Origin: Eledone cirrhosa
Lineage: Eukaryota
Reading direction: 5' to 3'
NCBI GenBank assembly: GCA_964016885.1
Contig: OZ024740.1
Coordinates: forward strand, 154,938,001-155,002,000
Length of the DNA stretch: 64,000 nt
In this document: piece after piece, positions 50,584-64,000 of the stretch
How the letters are laid out: the number at the start of each line of letters is the position of its first letter
Numbering within the stretch: position 1 is the first letter of the stretch
Program-made: the position numbers and the translations under genes
The notes under the pieces: model-generated
What the model was told of the DNA's origin: nothing
Databases searched by the model: none
Seen by the model: the letters and a program-made list of their open reading frames with translations, nothing else

Positions 50584-51019
50584 ATATTAATATAAATATG
50601 CACAAAAATATGTTCATATGTGCATACAGACATATCAAATACAGAATTAAACCTTAACATGAAAAAACTTTTTTTTTATTTCCTTCGGTTTTTTAAATTC
50701 TTGAACTAAATTTATTTGATCCAAATTCTTAATACATCCACTATGTAGTTAGATAAAGTTTGTACTTGGAATATATTAAAGAAAATAAAATCTTTAAGCA
50801 ATGTGTGACCAAGTGTAAACAACATGTGTTACCCTGATGCTGTGTTTATTTCTGAAGATCAGTTGTCACCCTTATTTTAAATGTGTAAAATAAATAGGAA
50901 ATTTAAAATTTTAAAAATTTGTCTTAAACAAGGATAATGAGGAGTGAACCTTTATATAATGGCACTTAGCCTGCAAGAAATAACAGCCAAATCTTTCTCT
51001 AATCACATTCTTCCATTTG

Positions 51020-51350
51020 ACTGTGTTGTTAAGAAGTTTGCTTTGCAACTACTTGGTTTCAGGTTCAATCCTAATGTGTTGTACCTTGAGCAAGTGTCTT
51101 CTACTATATCCTCATGCTGATCATTGGCTTGTGAGGAAGTCCACTATATAAATATATGCATTGTGTGTGTGCATGTGTGTCTTTGCACTAACAGCTGTTG
51201 ATATTTTTTGTCCTGCAGATCAGTGGTTCAACATGCAAAAATCAGAACCTTACTTAAAAGCAAGTAAAGGTTGATGTCTGGAAAGGCATCTGGCCAGAGA
51301 ATACTGCCTCATAAAGTTTCTTCCAGCTCATGCTGTTATATAAAAGGCAA
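51020..51350 (+). mobile_element. Old tRNA/CORE-like SINE
   Basis: GGTTCAATCC B-box, ACCTTGAGCAAGTGTCTTCTACTATA. Confidence 0.5.
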
Positions 51351-51547
51351 GTATAAAAACAATGATAGTGATTATGATGACACATTTATTAATGTAGTCC
51401 TAGATATGCAATGTCTGTAAACAAAAAAAACAAAGAAAATTTGGGATAGTCATGGCTAGAATACATTTTATCATAGGTCAGTTTGGTCAGATCTGATCAG
51501 GGCTATATGAGCTAATGGTGACACCTCAATGTATTTGTTTGCCTTTA

Positions 51548-51747
51548 CCCTTTAGCATTTACATTACTCTATATTTATTATTGTATTTTTGTGGTAAAGG
51601 CACATAATATCGAATCTACAAGATGTTGATATTATTTATTTTGAGAACAATACCGTAACGTCAGTATGAGCAGCCAGTTACAGCCGGTTTGAACAGAGAG
51701 AGGTGAGAGAATTCTAGCTGGATACGGATGGTTTAAATGCTAAAGGG
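51548..51747. mobile_element. piggyBac-type MITE
   Basis: TTTA|CCCTTTAGCATTTA ... TAAATGCTAAAGGG|TTAA. Confidence 0.8.
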
Positions 51748-52236
51748 TTAAAAGAAATAGCAGCTAAATCTCCCTCAAAAATTCAAAGGAAGAAGGGCGA
51801 TTCTATAATCTTTGAAAGACTTCATATAACTGGTGAAACTCATGGTCAGCTTCTACATCTGCTTGTCAACCTTTGCAGGAAAAACATGGGTACATGCAGC
51901 AGAAGGAACTCTGCTAAAAACAGTCAGAGACCAAGTTAGCAGTGTTACACCAGATGGTGAGATAGAGTAATATATATCAGCAAGAACGTTTTTATGTCCG
52001 TTTTTCAATACTTGCATGGTTTTGATGAATCCACTCCAGTACAGCATCTCTCCACTTGTTTCCTTCCTTTGTCATCTTTATAAGGTTCAGATGTTTGTGA
52101 TGGATGGACAGACAGGTGGGTTGGAAATGGATGGATAGATAGATAGATAGATTGATTGATAGATGGGTAAGTGGAAGGATGGACAAACAGACAGACTGAC
52201 TGACAGGTGGATAGAAGGATAGATAAGTAGATAGAT

Positions 52237-55200
52237 AGATATGTTTCTTTATTAGCCACAGGGGCACAAAAGAAGGAGACAAATACAAAGGGGTAAGTTT
52301 ACATACAATAAAAACGTGTAAAATATCACAAATGTAATTTAAAAGTTAATCGATTTTCCCCAATAAGGGAAGACACTTCATATGGGTAACACATACCCCC
52401 GAAAAAAATGTGCAACCCTCATCTCCAGGAGTACGAAGAGATTGTACCCCTTTCCTCTCTTCTTCCTTTTCCTCAACCTACAGGCTGATATAGAGAGAAG
52501 GCCCATTCACTCGAGCCATTCTCACAATTTCACAAAACTTGCTGGGTACAGCACCTCTCTCTCCATCCTGATTCTTCTTCCAAAGTTGTATTTGAAAAAA
52601 AGAAGCAGTTGTTGGCCGGAGAGAAAGGTGTCTGACCTCAGCCCTTTTAACCTCGTCCACCATACAACTTCTTTCGCCATAGCTATCACACAAAGGAAAA
52701 CCGCCTCTCCTTCGTTTTTGAAGGAGGGTGGCGGTTTGATTATGACAATGGACTCGGTGGTCAACTGGATTGGTCCCACCTGCGACAATAGTCGTTCTAC
52801 ATAGCCCCACAGGTTGGTAACGCCCGGGCAGTGTACAAATGCGTGCGCGACGGTTTCCTCGTCACGCACGCATCTCGGACAGATCTTTTTCGAAGGGTCT
52901 CTGCCCGGGCGCCCATGTCTGTAGAGCTTGTCTCGAACTGGTAGAGCTCCTCGGTAGCACTGCCAGGCCAGGGACTTTTGGAAGTTGTCCATCGGTCCCG
53001 GGCGGAAAGTTCTACCGAATAGACTGGCCATTTCGTCTTCCTCTACGCCCAGAGTTTCTCTGAGTGCGTCATCGCACTTGCTGCGGACCAACCCTCTATA
53101 GAATGACGAAGTGGAGTCTCCACTGATCGCCGGGTCCGCCTGCCAGAGGGCTGTGAGCGCCTAAGCACATTCGATGTGCCAGTCGCCCATTTTTCCTCGG
53201 TCTTTGCTTGACCCAGGACTGCAGCTCGGTCAGCGAGACGAGTCGTGGGAATGCTCGCCTCATGAACGGGGCCCACACTGGTTGTCCGGTGAGGAATACG
53301 TGGAGGTACCGCAGCCTGAGTGCGTGTTTGTGCATCCCCAGCCCTCCGTTTGAAGGGTGTTGGCAGCAGATGGATCTTCTCACCAAAGGAGCCCGCTTCT
53401 TCCAAAGGAATTGGAAGAGCGCGTGCTCCATTTTGGTGAGCGTTTTGGCTGGACAAGGCACGACGGTCAAGCGGTAGTAGATGACGGATGCTATAAAAGT
53501 GTTCACCACCTCCGCTCGACCTTTCAAGGATAGTTTGCACTCGGCCCACTTCTCGGTGAGTGCAAACACCTTGGCCGTCACCTCGTTCCAGTTCTTCTCC
53601 ACCTGGAGGTCCGGACCAAACCAGACCCCGAGCAGCTTTACCAGTCCTTCCGTCCAGCGTCCAATGACGCCATCGGATGGCATCAGTTTGCCTATCCACG
53701 ATCCGAGTTGCAAACCGATGGACTTGTCCCGGTTCAGCTTCGCTCCTGTGAACCTTTTGTATTCCTTCAGTAAGGTGCCGATTTCCCCGATTTCCCCATT
53801 ACTGTCACGTCGTCGGCGTAGGCCGACGCCGCTTTCCTCAGTCCCGGTTCCAGAGGAATGCCCTGCAATAGCTCCAACTTCTGCAGTAGTGGCTCGAGAG
53901 TCAGTACGTACAGAAGGGAGGAGAGAGGGCATCTCTGTCAAATGGATCGCATGATATGGAACAGCTCTGAGAGGTAGCCATTCACCTTGACCCTTGAGCA
54001 GATGTTGCTGCTGTGCATTGCAGCAATCCAGCCCCTGAACACGGGTCCGAAGCCTGCTGCCTCGAGCACCGCATCTAGGTAACGATGGTCAACCCTATCG
54101 AAAGCCTTAGACTGATCCAAGTTGATCAGGGCCCCACCGAAGCCGGGTTTACACCCTACCTTCTCTATGATGTATCGCATGAGGTGGCGGTTGTCGTGTA
54201 TGGACCTGGTCGGAATTGCGCATGTCTGCGCTTCTCCCACCAGGTTTTCGACGACAAGCACCAGCCTCTTTGCCAACACCTTGACCAAAATCTGTAACTC
54301 TGTGTTTAGCAGAGTTATGGGCCGGAAGTTGCCTATGTCATCCCCTTATTCTCGTCCTTCCTGACTAGTGTGACTACACCCCTGGTCACAGAAATGGGAA
54401 TTCTCCCGTTCTGCTGCCAGTTGCAGTAGACCGCTTCCAGGAGACCGGAAAACAAGTCCGGCATTGCTACGTAAAATTCGTAGGGTAGACCGTCGAGACC
54501 TGGAGATTTGCGTTTGCTGCATTGGCTCAGCGCGTCCCCTATCTCAGCGGCTGAAATCGGCTTTTCGCAGTACTTCGCCTCGCTGTCCGAGAGTCGCGGT
54601 AGGCCGTCGAGGTATGGACCAAAATCCATAGCCTCTCCTGGCGTGCCGCTCTGCCTGAACAGCTGAGCAAAGTGCCGTTGAAAGGCCGCACACATCTGCT
54701 TCGGCTCATGTATCACGCGTCCGTCTTGGTCCTTTTCGCCTCCGTCACTCGGGCCCAGCTAACAGCTTTGGCTCCCTCGTTACCCAGAGCACGTATTTTG
54801 CTTCTGACAACGCAGCCCTCGTGCTTTGCATTGAAGAACTGGTCCAAAGCCGTTCTCGTTGCTAGCACGCTGGCTACATTTCCCCTTCTAATTGCCTCCT
54901 CTACTTTATCTACCAGTTCCTTCTCGGTCCTATTTCTATCTAACGCTAATTCTTTACTAAAAACTAACGAGTCTAATCTAACTGCCCTCTTGAGAGAGTA
55001 CCACCATCTGTTGTTGACAATGGCCCCTGTCAAGTGCTGTTTAACTAAAGTGCTAATCCGTTTACTGTAGGCTTTGTATGTCGGTAACGACAAGTTAAGC
55101 TTCCAATAGCCGGGTCCTTGTCTATGGGTTCTATCAAGGTGGACCAAGCAGGTCACTATTTTGTGATCTGAATAGGCAACCATGAACATTTGTGGACAGC

Positions 55201-56637
55201 TTAACATGTCTCTATCCTTATTTCTAACTAGAACCCTATCCAGATACGATCTAGATGTTCCGCTACGATTAGTCCACGTCCACAGTGGCACAGTCGGAAA
55301 ATCTGGTCGATATCTATCGGCCAGGTCAAATCGGCCGATTAACTGTTTGAGGATGTTACACCCCCCCCCTTTATCGGGACATGCTCCCACATAGTCCCAA
55401 CATGCATCTAGGATTTCATTCCAGTCCCCCACTAAAAGTCTCTAGACGTTCCCAGAAAAGTCTCTAGACGTTTGAAGAAGTCTGGCTGCGGTGTCCTGGA
55501 TGGGGCATATGCGGCCACCAGCCTGAAGGCCTCACCTTCACTACCATCAACGTCTAGGACCACCAGTCGACCCTCCGGGTCCAGATGTACCGTCTGTGTT
55601 ACAAGGTCCAGGTGTTTCCGCAGCAAAACGGCAACCCCGCCCCCACCTCCCGGCTGACAGAGAGATGTGTAGATCTCAAAGTCGTCGAAGATGGGGGCCA
55701 GATGTCGCTCGCTGTGGATCCTCGAGTCGCAAATGGCTACTATATCCATACTGTGCGGCCTGAGGTCGTTTAATAGTTTGCCCTGTTTCCAGGTATCCCC
55801 AGGCCGCGTACGTTCACACATCCAACTCTTATATTGGCCATGTTGGTACTGAAAAGTTAAAAGAAGAGGAAAAGAAATCACTCACCCTTCGTCTCCTGGG
55901 GACCAGGTCACATGATTTCCATGGGGGTGTTGGAGGGGTTGGAGGGGTGGGTGGTGGTTTCCGGCGGGGTGGGGACGGAGATGTTTGGTGGGGAGGGTGT
56001 GTCTGGTGGGATGGGGGTGTCTGGGGTGGGGGTGTCTGGGGTGGGGGTGTCTGGGGTGGGGGTGTCTGGGATGGGGAAACATTTGAGAAGGACGCGGTTA
56101 AGTGGTTTCACACAGGAATTCCCCACATCCTTTTCAAATGTTTCTTTTAGGGACCTATAAGTTTGTATAGGGACCCTAATCAGTTTTAGGTTCAGTTTTT
56201 TGTTATTTTTAATAGAGTGGGCAAAAGTTTTCCCTTCGGTGAAAACCGAAGGGTTGTTCGTGATGGTCTCCATTAGTGTTTTGTTTTCAATGTTTATGTA
56301 TGTGTAAGTGTAATTTTCTTGTGTTGTGTTTGTTTTTGTCTGTAGTTCTTGTGCTTTTGTTTTGTTGTAGGTATTTTGTTTTCAGGAGGTGGGGTTTTGT
56401 TTGTGATGTTTTTGTTGTTTGTGTTGGTGGTTGTATGTTTGTGGTAGTGTTTGCTGGTTTTTTGTTTTTGTGGTGTCTTTTCTTTCTTTTCGAGCGATGG
56501 GGTTCTCGCTCGTCTTCACTGGGTGATGGCGAGATAGCCTCATCTGTTGTATCGTCTGTGTGATTGGGGAGGGGTATGTCTTGGGGAGCTGTTGTGTCTG
56601 TATGTGATTTTGCAGTGGTTTTAGGTGGAGTGGCGTT
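52237..56637 (-). mobile_element. Tx1/L1-clade LINE with 15-bp TSD, inserted in (GATA)n; degenerate
   Basis: ORF2 starts MANIRVGCVNVRGL at 55841; GDWN, YLDR, SDH, KSPGLDGLPYEFY, LDQSKAFDRVDH, GGLG, CPRC..ETVAHAFVHC; TSD GATAAGTAGATAGAT at 52222-52236 and 56638-56652. Confidence 0.9.
55882..56637 (-). pseudogene. Tx1 ORF1 remnant (basic, Pro/Thr-rich; probably internally deleted)
   Basis: ORFs 56287-56802, 55908-56273 and 55882-56082 lie upstream of ORF2; PDTPT repeats. Confidence 0.55.
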
Positions 56638-57499
56638 GATAAGTAGATAGATTGATAGATAGATAGATAGATAGGGAGATGGTAGATAGATAGAAAGGTG
56701 ATAGATAGAGCAATCCACTCTGCCATTAGAAAGACAGCTAGACTGCCAGTTGTCAGCTGAATAGAGCCACAATGTTAAATAGCCACAAAGATATGCACCC
56801 AAACATATATTATCAGGCCAGAAGACCAGACAGCTAAACAGCCAGTCTAAACTAGACAGCTATTCAGCCAGCCAGTCAGACATTCATTCACTTCACCATT
56901 ACATAACATTACACAAAGCATGTTTAAGTAAATGTTTTCCTTATTTTTTTCTGAATGCAGGAAGGTGAGGGGTTTAGGGCTAGATGCATACTTCTTCATT
57001 GCCAGAGTGACTGGAGAAACACACCACCAATATAAATTTTCATAGTAATGGTAAGAACATAAACTTTGTAGTTGAACGTCTGCAAGGAAAAATTGCAACA
57101 AGTATGGTATTTCAATTATGATTACTTCCACAGAGTGATGAAGAGTGAAGATACTGAAGAAGACAAGAAAATGAGAGGGGAGGGGGGGGGGGTCAAATAG
57201 TAAAGAGAGGGAGAGAGTGTGTAAAAGAGAATGAGATTGTAAAGCGGGAGAGAGAATGAGATGGTAGAGATAGGCAGATGAGAACAGTGTGTGTGCTCCT
57301 ATGTATACATATATACCTATAGTAGACAGATGTACATGAATCTAGGCAGTACAATTTTAGATTGTTTAAGCATGATATTTCATCACTAAAAGTGAACAAT
57401 TCCACAGGTAGTTGGTGCTATAAATTTAAGTCTATGTACATTAAACAAATATGGCACTATTGAGTCCTTTTTAACTGTAAATGTTTGCACACCAATGAA

Positions 57500-58445
57500 A
57501 TATCACAGTATAATCATTAATTCTTACAAGGGAAAGGGTGATACTCTAGATAGAAGCAACTAAAGAGGCATTAAACTGATTGATCAAGTTATGAAAGTGG
57601 CAAAAATAGTTTTAGTACTGCTAATTGGAGAAAAAAATCGAATTTGATGAGATGCTGTTTGATTTTGTGCCAGGAAGGAGCAACACAGATGCTCTCTTCT
57701 TAATGAGGCAACTATAAGAGAAGTTCCTAGCTAAGATTAAGCTACTATATCTAGCTTTCATTGATCTGGAGAAATCTTTTGATAGAGTACCATGAAGTGT
57801 TAAGAAAAAGTTCCATGAGAAAGTCCCATAAAAGTAGTTGATAGTTTCTGTCACTAAGTGACCTAATTAGTAGAGGAGGGGTTACTCTGAAAGCATAGTA
57901 GCTAGAATAAAAACAGGATGTAAAAGGTTCAAGGAAACTACTGACCCCTGTTGTCAAGTAATGGATATTCTCTCTAAGTTATATGATACCACCATGTGAA
58001 GTGAAATGTTGCATGATAATGGTACATAGGCAGTAAATACTGAGGATATGTGAAGACTGGAGAGAATCGAATTGAGCATGTTTCACTAGATGTGTAATGC
58101 TAGTGTGCCTGTATGATAAAGCACAGATGAGCTAAGAGAAAAACTGCATATAACAGAAATTAAATGTTTGCAAGAGAGAGGGTTGTGTTGGTATGGACAC
58201 ATGATGCATATGGTTGATGAGTGATGAGTAAAGAAATGCCAAGAATTCCCACTGGAAGGAAGCTGCAAAAGCAGAAGACTGAGAAAAACCTGGGCAAAAG
58301 TGATGAGAACTGATCCCTAAATGTTAAACCATGTAGATGGGATGATGCCACGAAAGGAGAGATGCTGGAGAAAACCCATCCAGCCCATGAATGTATATAA
58401 AATAAGTGTAAAAATGATGATGTTGAACGACGGTGATGATGATGT
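57500..58445 (+). mobile_element. Old, highly degenerate RTE LINE
   Basis: Remnants of RGIKLIDQVMKV, FIDLEKSFDRVP, WYGHMM; (GAT)n tail. Confidence 0.7.
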
Positions 58446-58931
58446 TGTATATATATATATAAACCAAAACCAGTTCTGTATAATCAAGACATAGACACCT
58501 GACCTAGCATTGCCCACAAATGTACAACTCGTCTAACCGATGCTAGCGTGGAAAAATGGACATAAAATGGTAATGATGATGATGATATATATATATATCA
58601 GTTATGATTCCAGCACTATGGCTACTCAGACTGGGTTCAAGTACTGCAATTGTCAGATCTATTTATTTGAAACTAACATGAAATGTTTCAGAACACTCCA
58701 TTTATTACTAGTAATATGTGCTCATACCCAAGCTGATTAGTTATCTGCAATACAACCATGTTACATTTTCAAGTAGAAAGCAGGAAAGTATCTTCAGAGA
58801 TTTAATAAAGTAAGTATTTAAGTCTTTATTAAAATTTGTATTTTATTTGTATTTTGACTTTTAAATATACTAGAGCAATGTCTGTTCCATGTAAATGCAT
58901 TCCTGATACTATTATGAACAAAGCAATTTAA

Positions 58932-59152
58932 CCCTTTAGAATTTAAACCAGCCATATCTGACTTGAATTCTCTCACCTCTTTCTATTCAAACCGGCTGTT
59001 AGCAGCTGCTCATACTCATGTTAAGGTATTGTTCTTAAAATATATAATATCAAAATCTCGTAGATTCGATATTATGTGAGATAATTATATGAGATAAAGT
59101 GTTTACCATGAAAATACAATAGTAAATAGAAAGTAATGTAAATACTAAAGGG
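58932..59152. mobile_element. piggyBac-type MITE
   Basis: TTAA|CCCTTTAG ... CTAAAGGG|TTAC. Confidence 0.8.
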
Positions 59153-59997
59153 TTACATTATTTTAATATAGAAAATTATGGAAAAAAGAAATCTTGTCTT
59201 TTCTATTAATTCCCAACCCACTAAATAATTATAGCTATAGTTCACCATTTTTTTGTTTTTTGTTTTTGCTTGTTAAATGTAAATAAACTCTAAGTAGCAT
59301 AACTATAGTTTAATTTCCCCTGCCCCATCATGACTTTGATTCCTCCCGACTTTGTTAATAATCCATATTTTGCAGAAGCATGCTTTAAAAGATGTAAATT
59401 ACAATTATCTCAATGAAAATATTTTGTAAGCAATTCCTAGTTGCTGAAATGAGATTACATTCCAGGGGAAAATCTATGACATTATCTTGATTGATATTAT
59501 TCATTATCAATATGAACTGATAGGCATGAGGAAAAAATTTCCAAGCTTATGCTTAGCCTAATTACAAATAAAGATCAAAAGTATACTGTAATAAAAAAAC
59601 ATTAACAAATGGAAGTATGTAATTATGAAAGTAATAAAAAAAATATATGTTTTTAAAATTCGATCATTACAATCATCATCTACACTTTCAGAAATGTGTT
59701 GCTGCAAAATCTCATTAAAAATATGCATTATTAAGAAAGTTATGAGAAAACAAATTTAAATGGTGGCGGCATAAATTGTAATGATGACTGATAGGTCATG
59801 TAAAATAGCCAAAATATTCAGAATATATGATTCAATTGTTGAAATTAATTTCCAGAAATTATACACTCACACGCGCACGCACACACACACACACACACAC
59901 ATATAAGTATGTAAAAGGTAAACAGAAATAACAACACAATTGGAACAGTATATGGAAGGGATATATTAAGTTAATGCTTGAAATAGAAGGAAGAGGG

Positions 59998-60033
59998 TCT
60001 TAACGTTTCGGACACTAGTCCTTCATCAGAAGA
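59998..60033 (-). ncRNA. Minimal hammerhead ribozyme (orphan, PLE-type)
   Basis: TCTT-CTGATGA-A-GGAC-TAGT-GTCC-GAAAC-GTT-AAGA. Confidence 0.72.
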
Positions 60034-60614
60034 AAGAATGAGAAATAAGATAGATTGAGGGGACAGCCGGGCTGGAATTTGAAAAAATGTCTTTAGATAA
60101 AAATAACAGGTCCATTCATGTTGACATCTCTTGCAAAACTGTTGGTGCTGACGTTTTGTGTATGATTTATTTTTTAGAAAAGTGGATGATGGACTGCGTC
60201 TACCTGAAATGGAAAAAAAACGTTTCGTAAACAGAGCTATATGTATATTTTCATTTTTTTCATTTTACGTTCGCTTTGTCCCTGCTTGCAAGGGTGTATA
60301 TACAAACAGAGACAAGAATAAATAAATAAATAAAAATAGAATAGACATTACAATACATAATGGAAACATAATAGTACCACTGATGATGTCATAGGTGTGT
60401 GATGAAAGAACTTTGATATATATATATATATATTTTTTTTTAACTGTTGGTAAATCAATGATAAACATTGATCGCCAGCTAAATTAGCTATAGGGATATA
60501 AAATATACGGAAGTGAAAACCAACCAAACCAAACAGTGAGTATGTTTTATTATATATTTCTGGCAATATTATAACAATATGACTCTCCCCAAATACAACA
60601 AAATATATCTATAT

Positions 60615-61572
60615 ATCATCATCATCACCATTTTTCGTCCATTCTTCCACGCTAGCATGGGTTAGGCGGGTTGTCCTGTTGTGGGCAGTGCCAGGTCAAG
60701 TGAGCATGTCTTGCTCATACGGGAACTGATTTGGGCTTGATTTCTACAGCTGGATGCCCTTCCTAACACCAAACTCATTTACAGTGAGTACTGGGTGCTT
60801 TTTTACCGTGGCGCTGACACGACCACTTTACAGTGTGGGCTGGGTGCTTTTTGTCATGACACCCCCACGACCACTTTGCAGAGGGAGGGGGTGGGGCATA
60901 TTGTCTGTATGCTTCAGCTTCGGCTTGTCCCTGTGGGAAGTCGGGTCTTCTGTATTACTGTGTGATGCCAGAGATCACGGTCCGGTGTCATCACCTTTGA
61001 GAGGTGCAATTGGGTAAGGTCATATATCATCATCATCATCATCATCATTTAACGTCCATCTTCCACGCTTGCATGGGTTTGGACGGGAATTTTCCCACTT
61101 GAGGCAAGATTGGTTGTCTTGCTCGCATAGGACTGTCTGGCGGGTTTTCTACGGCTGGAAGCCCTTCCTAACACCAACCACGTTTACAGTGTGGACTGGG
61201 AGGTTTTTACCGTGTTACCTACATGGCCACATTACAGCGTGGACTGTGTGTTTTTTTGTCGTGACACCTACACGACCTCATTTATTTCGGACTGGATGTT
61301 GTGGTACCAATATAACTTTACATCGAAAGGGGTGGTGTGGATGGGGTGGGGTGGGGGTGGGGGGGGGGGGGGTGTATTTTTGTTAGAGGTGCCTACTGAC
61401 TGTAGGTTTCGCTTTGTACTTAGGCAAGGCGGGTCTTCTGTATTACTGTGTAGCGCCAAAGATCTCGGTCCAGTGACATTGTCTTGGATAGGTGTAAGTG
61501 TGTGAGGTCGGAATTTATCAAGTCGTCCCAGGTTTTTATGGGTCTGCCTACTCCGTGGCTACCGTCTATTTT
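60615..61572 (-). mobile_element. Two tandem RTE LINE 3' fragments (60615-61022, 61027-61572)
   Basis: (GAT)n tails, shared 3' UTR, GRP.KTWDDLINSDL. Confidence 0.85.
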
Positions 61573-61608
61573 TATATATATATATATATTTTTATATATA
61601 TATATATT

Positions 61609-61641
<33 letters not shown>

Positions 61642-61647
<6 letters not shown>

Positions 61648-61930
61648 ATGTGTAGGGCCAAAGATCATATCCTTCACATCTAGAGTAAGGACTAGATACT
61701 GCAATAGCCTGGGGTTCAAAGGCCCCCAGCTCTTTAGTAAGCTGCCAAAAAACCTAAGAGATCTACATGGTGTGGATGTAGACATTCTGCTAACCAGGAT
61801 TCCAGATGAACTTACAGCATGAGAAATAAAGTCAGCAGCAGCAAACTCTCTCTTACATCAATGGCTAACCAAGGAAGGCTGGCTATAGAAGGTGTAGCAG
61901 TAATAGCAGTGCCCCAGCATGATCTCAGTC
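61642..61930 (+). mobile_element. CR1/L2-group LINE 3' fragment
   Basis: RTRYCNSLGFKGPQLFSKLPKNLRD...LTRIPDE. Confidence 0.55.
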
Positions 61931-63440
61931 AGTAGGCTGGAACAGGTAAATGAATATATATATTTATATATATATAAATGATGATGATGATGATGATATA
62001 TATATATGTATGAGTGTGTTTTAAACAGTGTTGATATATATATTTTTTTAGTTAATTCTATTGACTGATTAATAGCCTATGTTAATTTTAAAAACTATTC
62101 TGTCGAGAGCTTAATTCGTTTTGTGATATTTTGCAATTTTGCAATAACCACACATACTGAATTCATCCGCCAAGACTAGGGGTTCTCTCCCTTCTGACCC
62201 CGCACGTGGGTTCAGATAACGGTCAGTTCCTTAGCTTTGCATAGAACTAAATGCCTGTTGAAAAAGTGACTTCCTTGTTCAATCATCATACCAAAAGCTT
62301 AACATTATTTGTTTAAGCAGACAGTACCTGATTTAGGAGTTGCAGAAACCCCATATTGGATTTTACCACCGTTTCCAGGGTTCCGGGTATATTTTTCAAC
62401 CATATTTTATTATTTGTTTGACCCGAATAGCTTGCTCGCTTCTATGGCTTTGCGGTTAATGGTTTAACCATCATCTCAGTGTGTTTGGCCTTTTAACGTA
62501 TGTTTATTGCTCTAGTTCACTCGTTTCTATTGAGCGCTTGCCACACATTTCGGAAGTTGTTTTTTGCTAATTTCCAATAGTCGAAATGTGATTCTCGCTA
62601 ATTTATATATATAAATATATATATACGTCTGTGTGTGTATATAAAACAGTGATGATGATGATATATATACATATATATATAAGCAAAATGGTTGACTTAA
62701 GAAACACCAGATTTGAAATGTGTGCATCCAAACGGAAATGACCATAATAATAGTTGCTTGCTATAAATAATGGTTGAGAAAATCAAGCAAAGTACCCCAT
62801 CTGAGAGATGTAGGGTTTGTTTCCTCGTAGGCACCTCTTTTCACTTTTATCCACCTTCAGATTGAAAATAACAAAAGCCAAGGAAAATGTTGTAACAAAG
62901 AAACTAATACATCATCATCGTTTAACATCTATCTTCCACGCTAGCATGGGTTAGACGGGAATTGTCCCAAATACGTTAAATATACTTTACTATACACACT
63001 ATCATTTTTGGTAGGCATTATGCTAGTATATATATATCACTTGTGTGTCCCTCACTATGTGTGTGATATAAAAAATATACATGCATATATCATTTTACCA
63101 GTTGCTCAGATGCTTTTCTAACTGTCAACATATATAAATTATATCTAATGTTCAAATCTCCCATGTTTTGTAACAATCACTCTTAATTCTCTCCTAAAGA
63201 TTATTTGGGTTTAAAACGTGAGTTAAAGAGAATATCACAACTGGAATTACACAGTCTTTCAGGCTAAAGTTCTACATGCTCGTAAACAATAATTTTAAAA
63301 AAGTCGATAGATTATTCTTTGAGCTGGAGCACATTTGTTTATAGGTATGGGGATAAAAGGTTAATTCATCCTGTTCAATATTTGTAAAGCCATGAAACAT
63401 TTTTTATATCACTTAAATTGTTTTTTTTTTCCATTGTATA

Positions 63441-63680
63441 TATCATCATCATCATCATTTCGTTTTAAGTCCGCTTTTTCCCTGCTTGCAAGGGTGGGAC
63501 GGGAACTGATTCTGGCTTGATTTCTACAGCTGGATGCCCTTCCTAACACCAACCTCATTTACAGTGAGTGCTGGGTGCTTTTTTGCCGTGGCACCTCCAC
63601 GACCCCTTTGCAGTGGAATGATATGGACCCCAGTCCCTATCATCTCATTTCTACAGCTGAGTAAACTGGAGCAATGTGAA
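63441..63680 (-). mobile_element. SINE family B 3' part with RTE tail
   Basis: Reverse complement of ~50325-50545. Confidence 0.8.
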
Positions 63681-64000
63681 TCTATATATATATGAATATG
63701 TATGTATATATATATATATATGTCTATATATATTAGCTCTTAGTCCAGCTTGTTCTGTTGGGAACATAAGTCAACCAATCGTCTCCATTGCTGTCGGTTG
63801 GGCAGCGGTAGTTCGTTGACATCCATGCCAGCTAATGCTCACAGTTTGTAGGTTGCCTTGGAATATCCGCCGCTAGATCATCTTTGGTTGGTCTCGTTAC
63901 TGCTTGCCTTCGGCGGGGGGGGGGGGGGGGGGGGGGGCACATCATCACCATTTTGGACAGAGCAGTACATCTGGTGTGCTGATACTCCAAGGAAACTCAC

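Noticed and set aside
51800-52100. Unique-looking sequence with short ORFs
   Set aside because: No recognisable domain or splice structure
56960-57050. Exon-like segment with good AG acceptor and GTAAG donor
   Set aside because: Stops in all three frames and no linked exons; could only be non-coding

Overview
AT-rich, microsatellite-dense eukaryotic DNA made almost entirely of transposable elements. The SINE, RTE-LINE and microsatellite repertoire suggests a cephalopod (Octopus-like) genome; this is inference. No host protein-coding gene is supported. The centrepiece is an apparently intact, very young Penelope-like retroelement at 24006-30095. It has one 1276-codon RT + GIY-YIG ORF (probably Naiad-type), direct pseudo-LTRs, a 1.29-kb inverted copy of its 3' end, three hammerhead ribozymes, and both ends fused into (TA)n. 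Other elements: a young Gypsy LTR element with a -1 gag-pol slippery site; a roughly full-length degenerate Helitron; a Tx1-clade LINE in (GATA)n with a 15-bp TSD and a candidate 37-nt intron fusing ORF1 to ORF2; an R4/Dong fragment in (CATA)n; several RTE LINEs with a PHD finger inside the RT; CRE, hAT, mariner and further PLE fragments with their own hammerheads; tRNA-SINEs; MITEs. All calls come from reading the sequence and ORF track; no database search was run.
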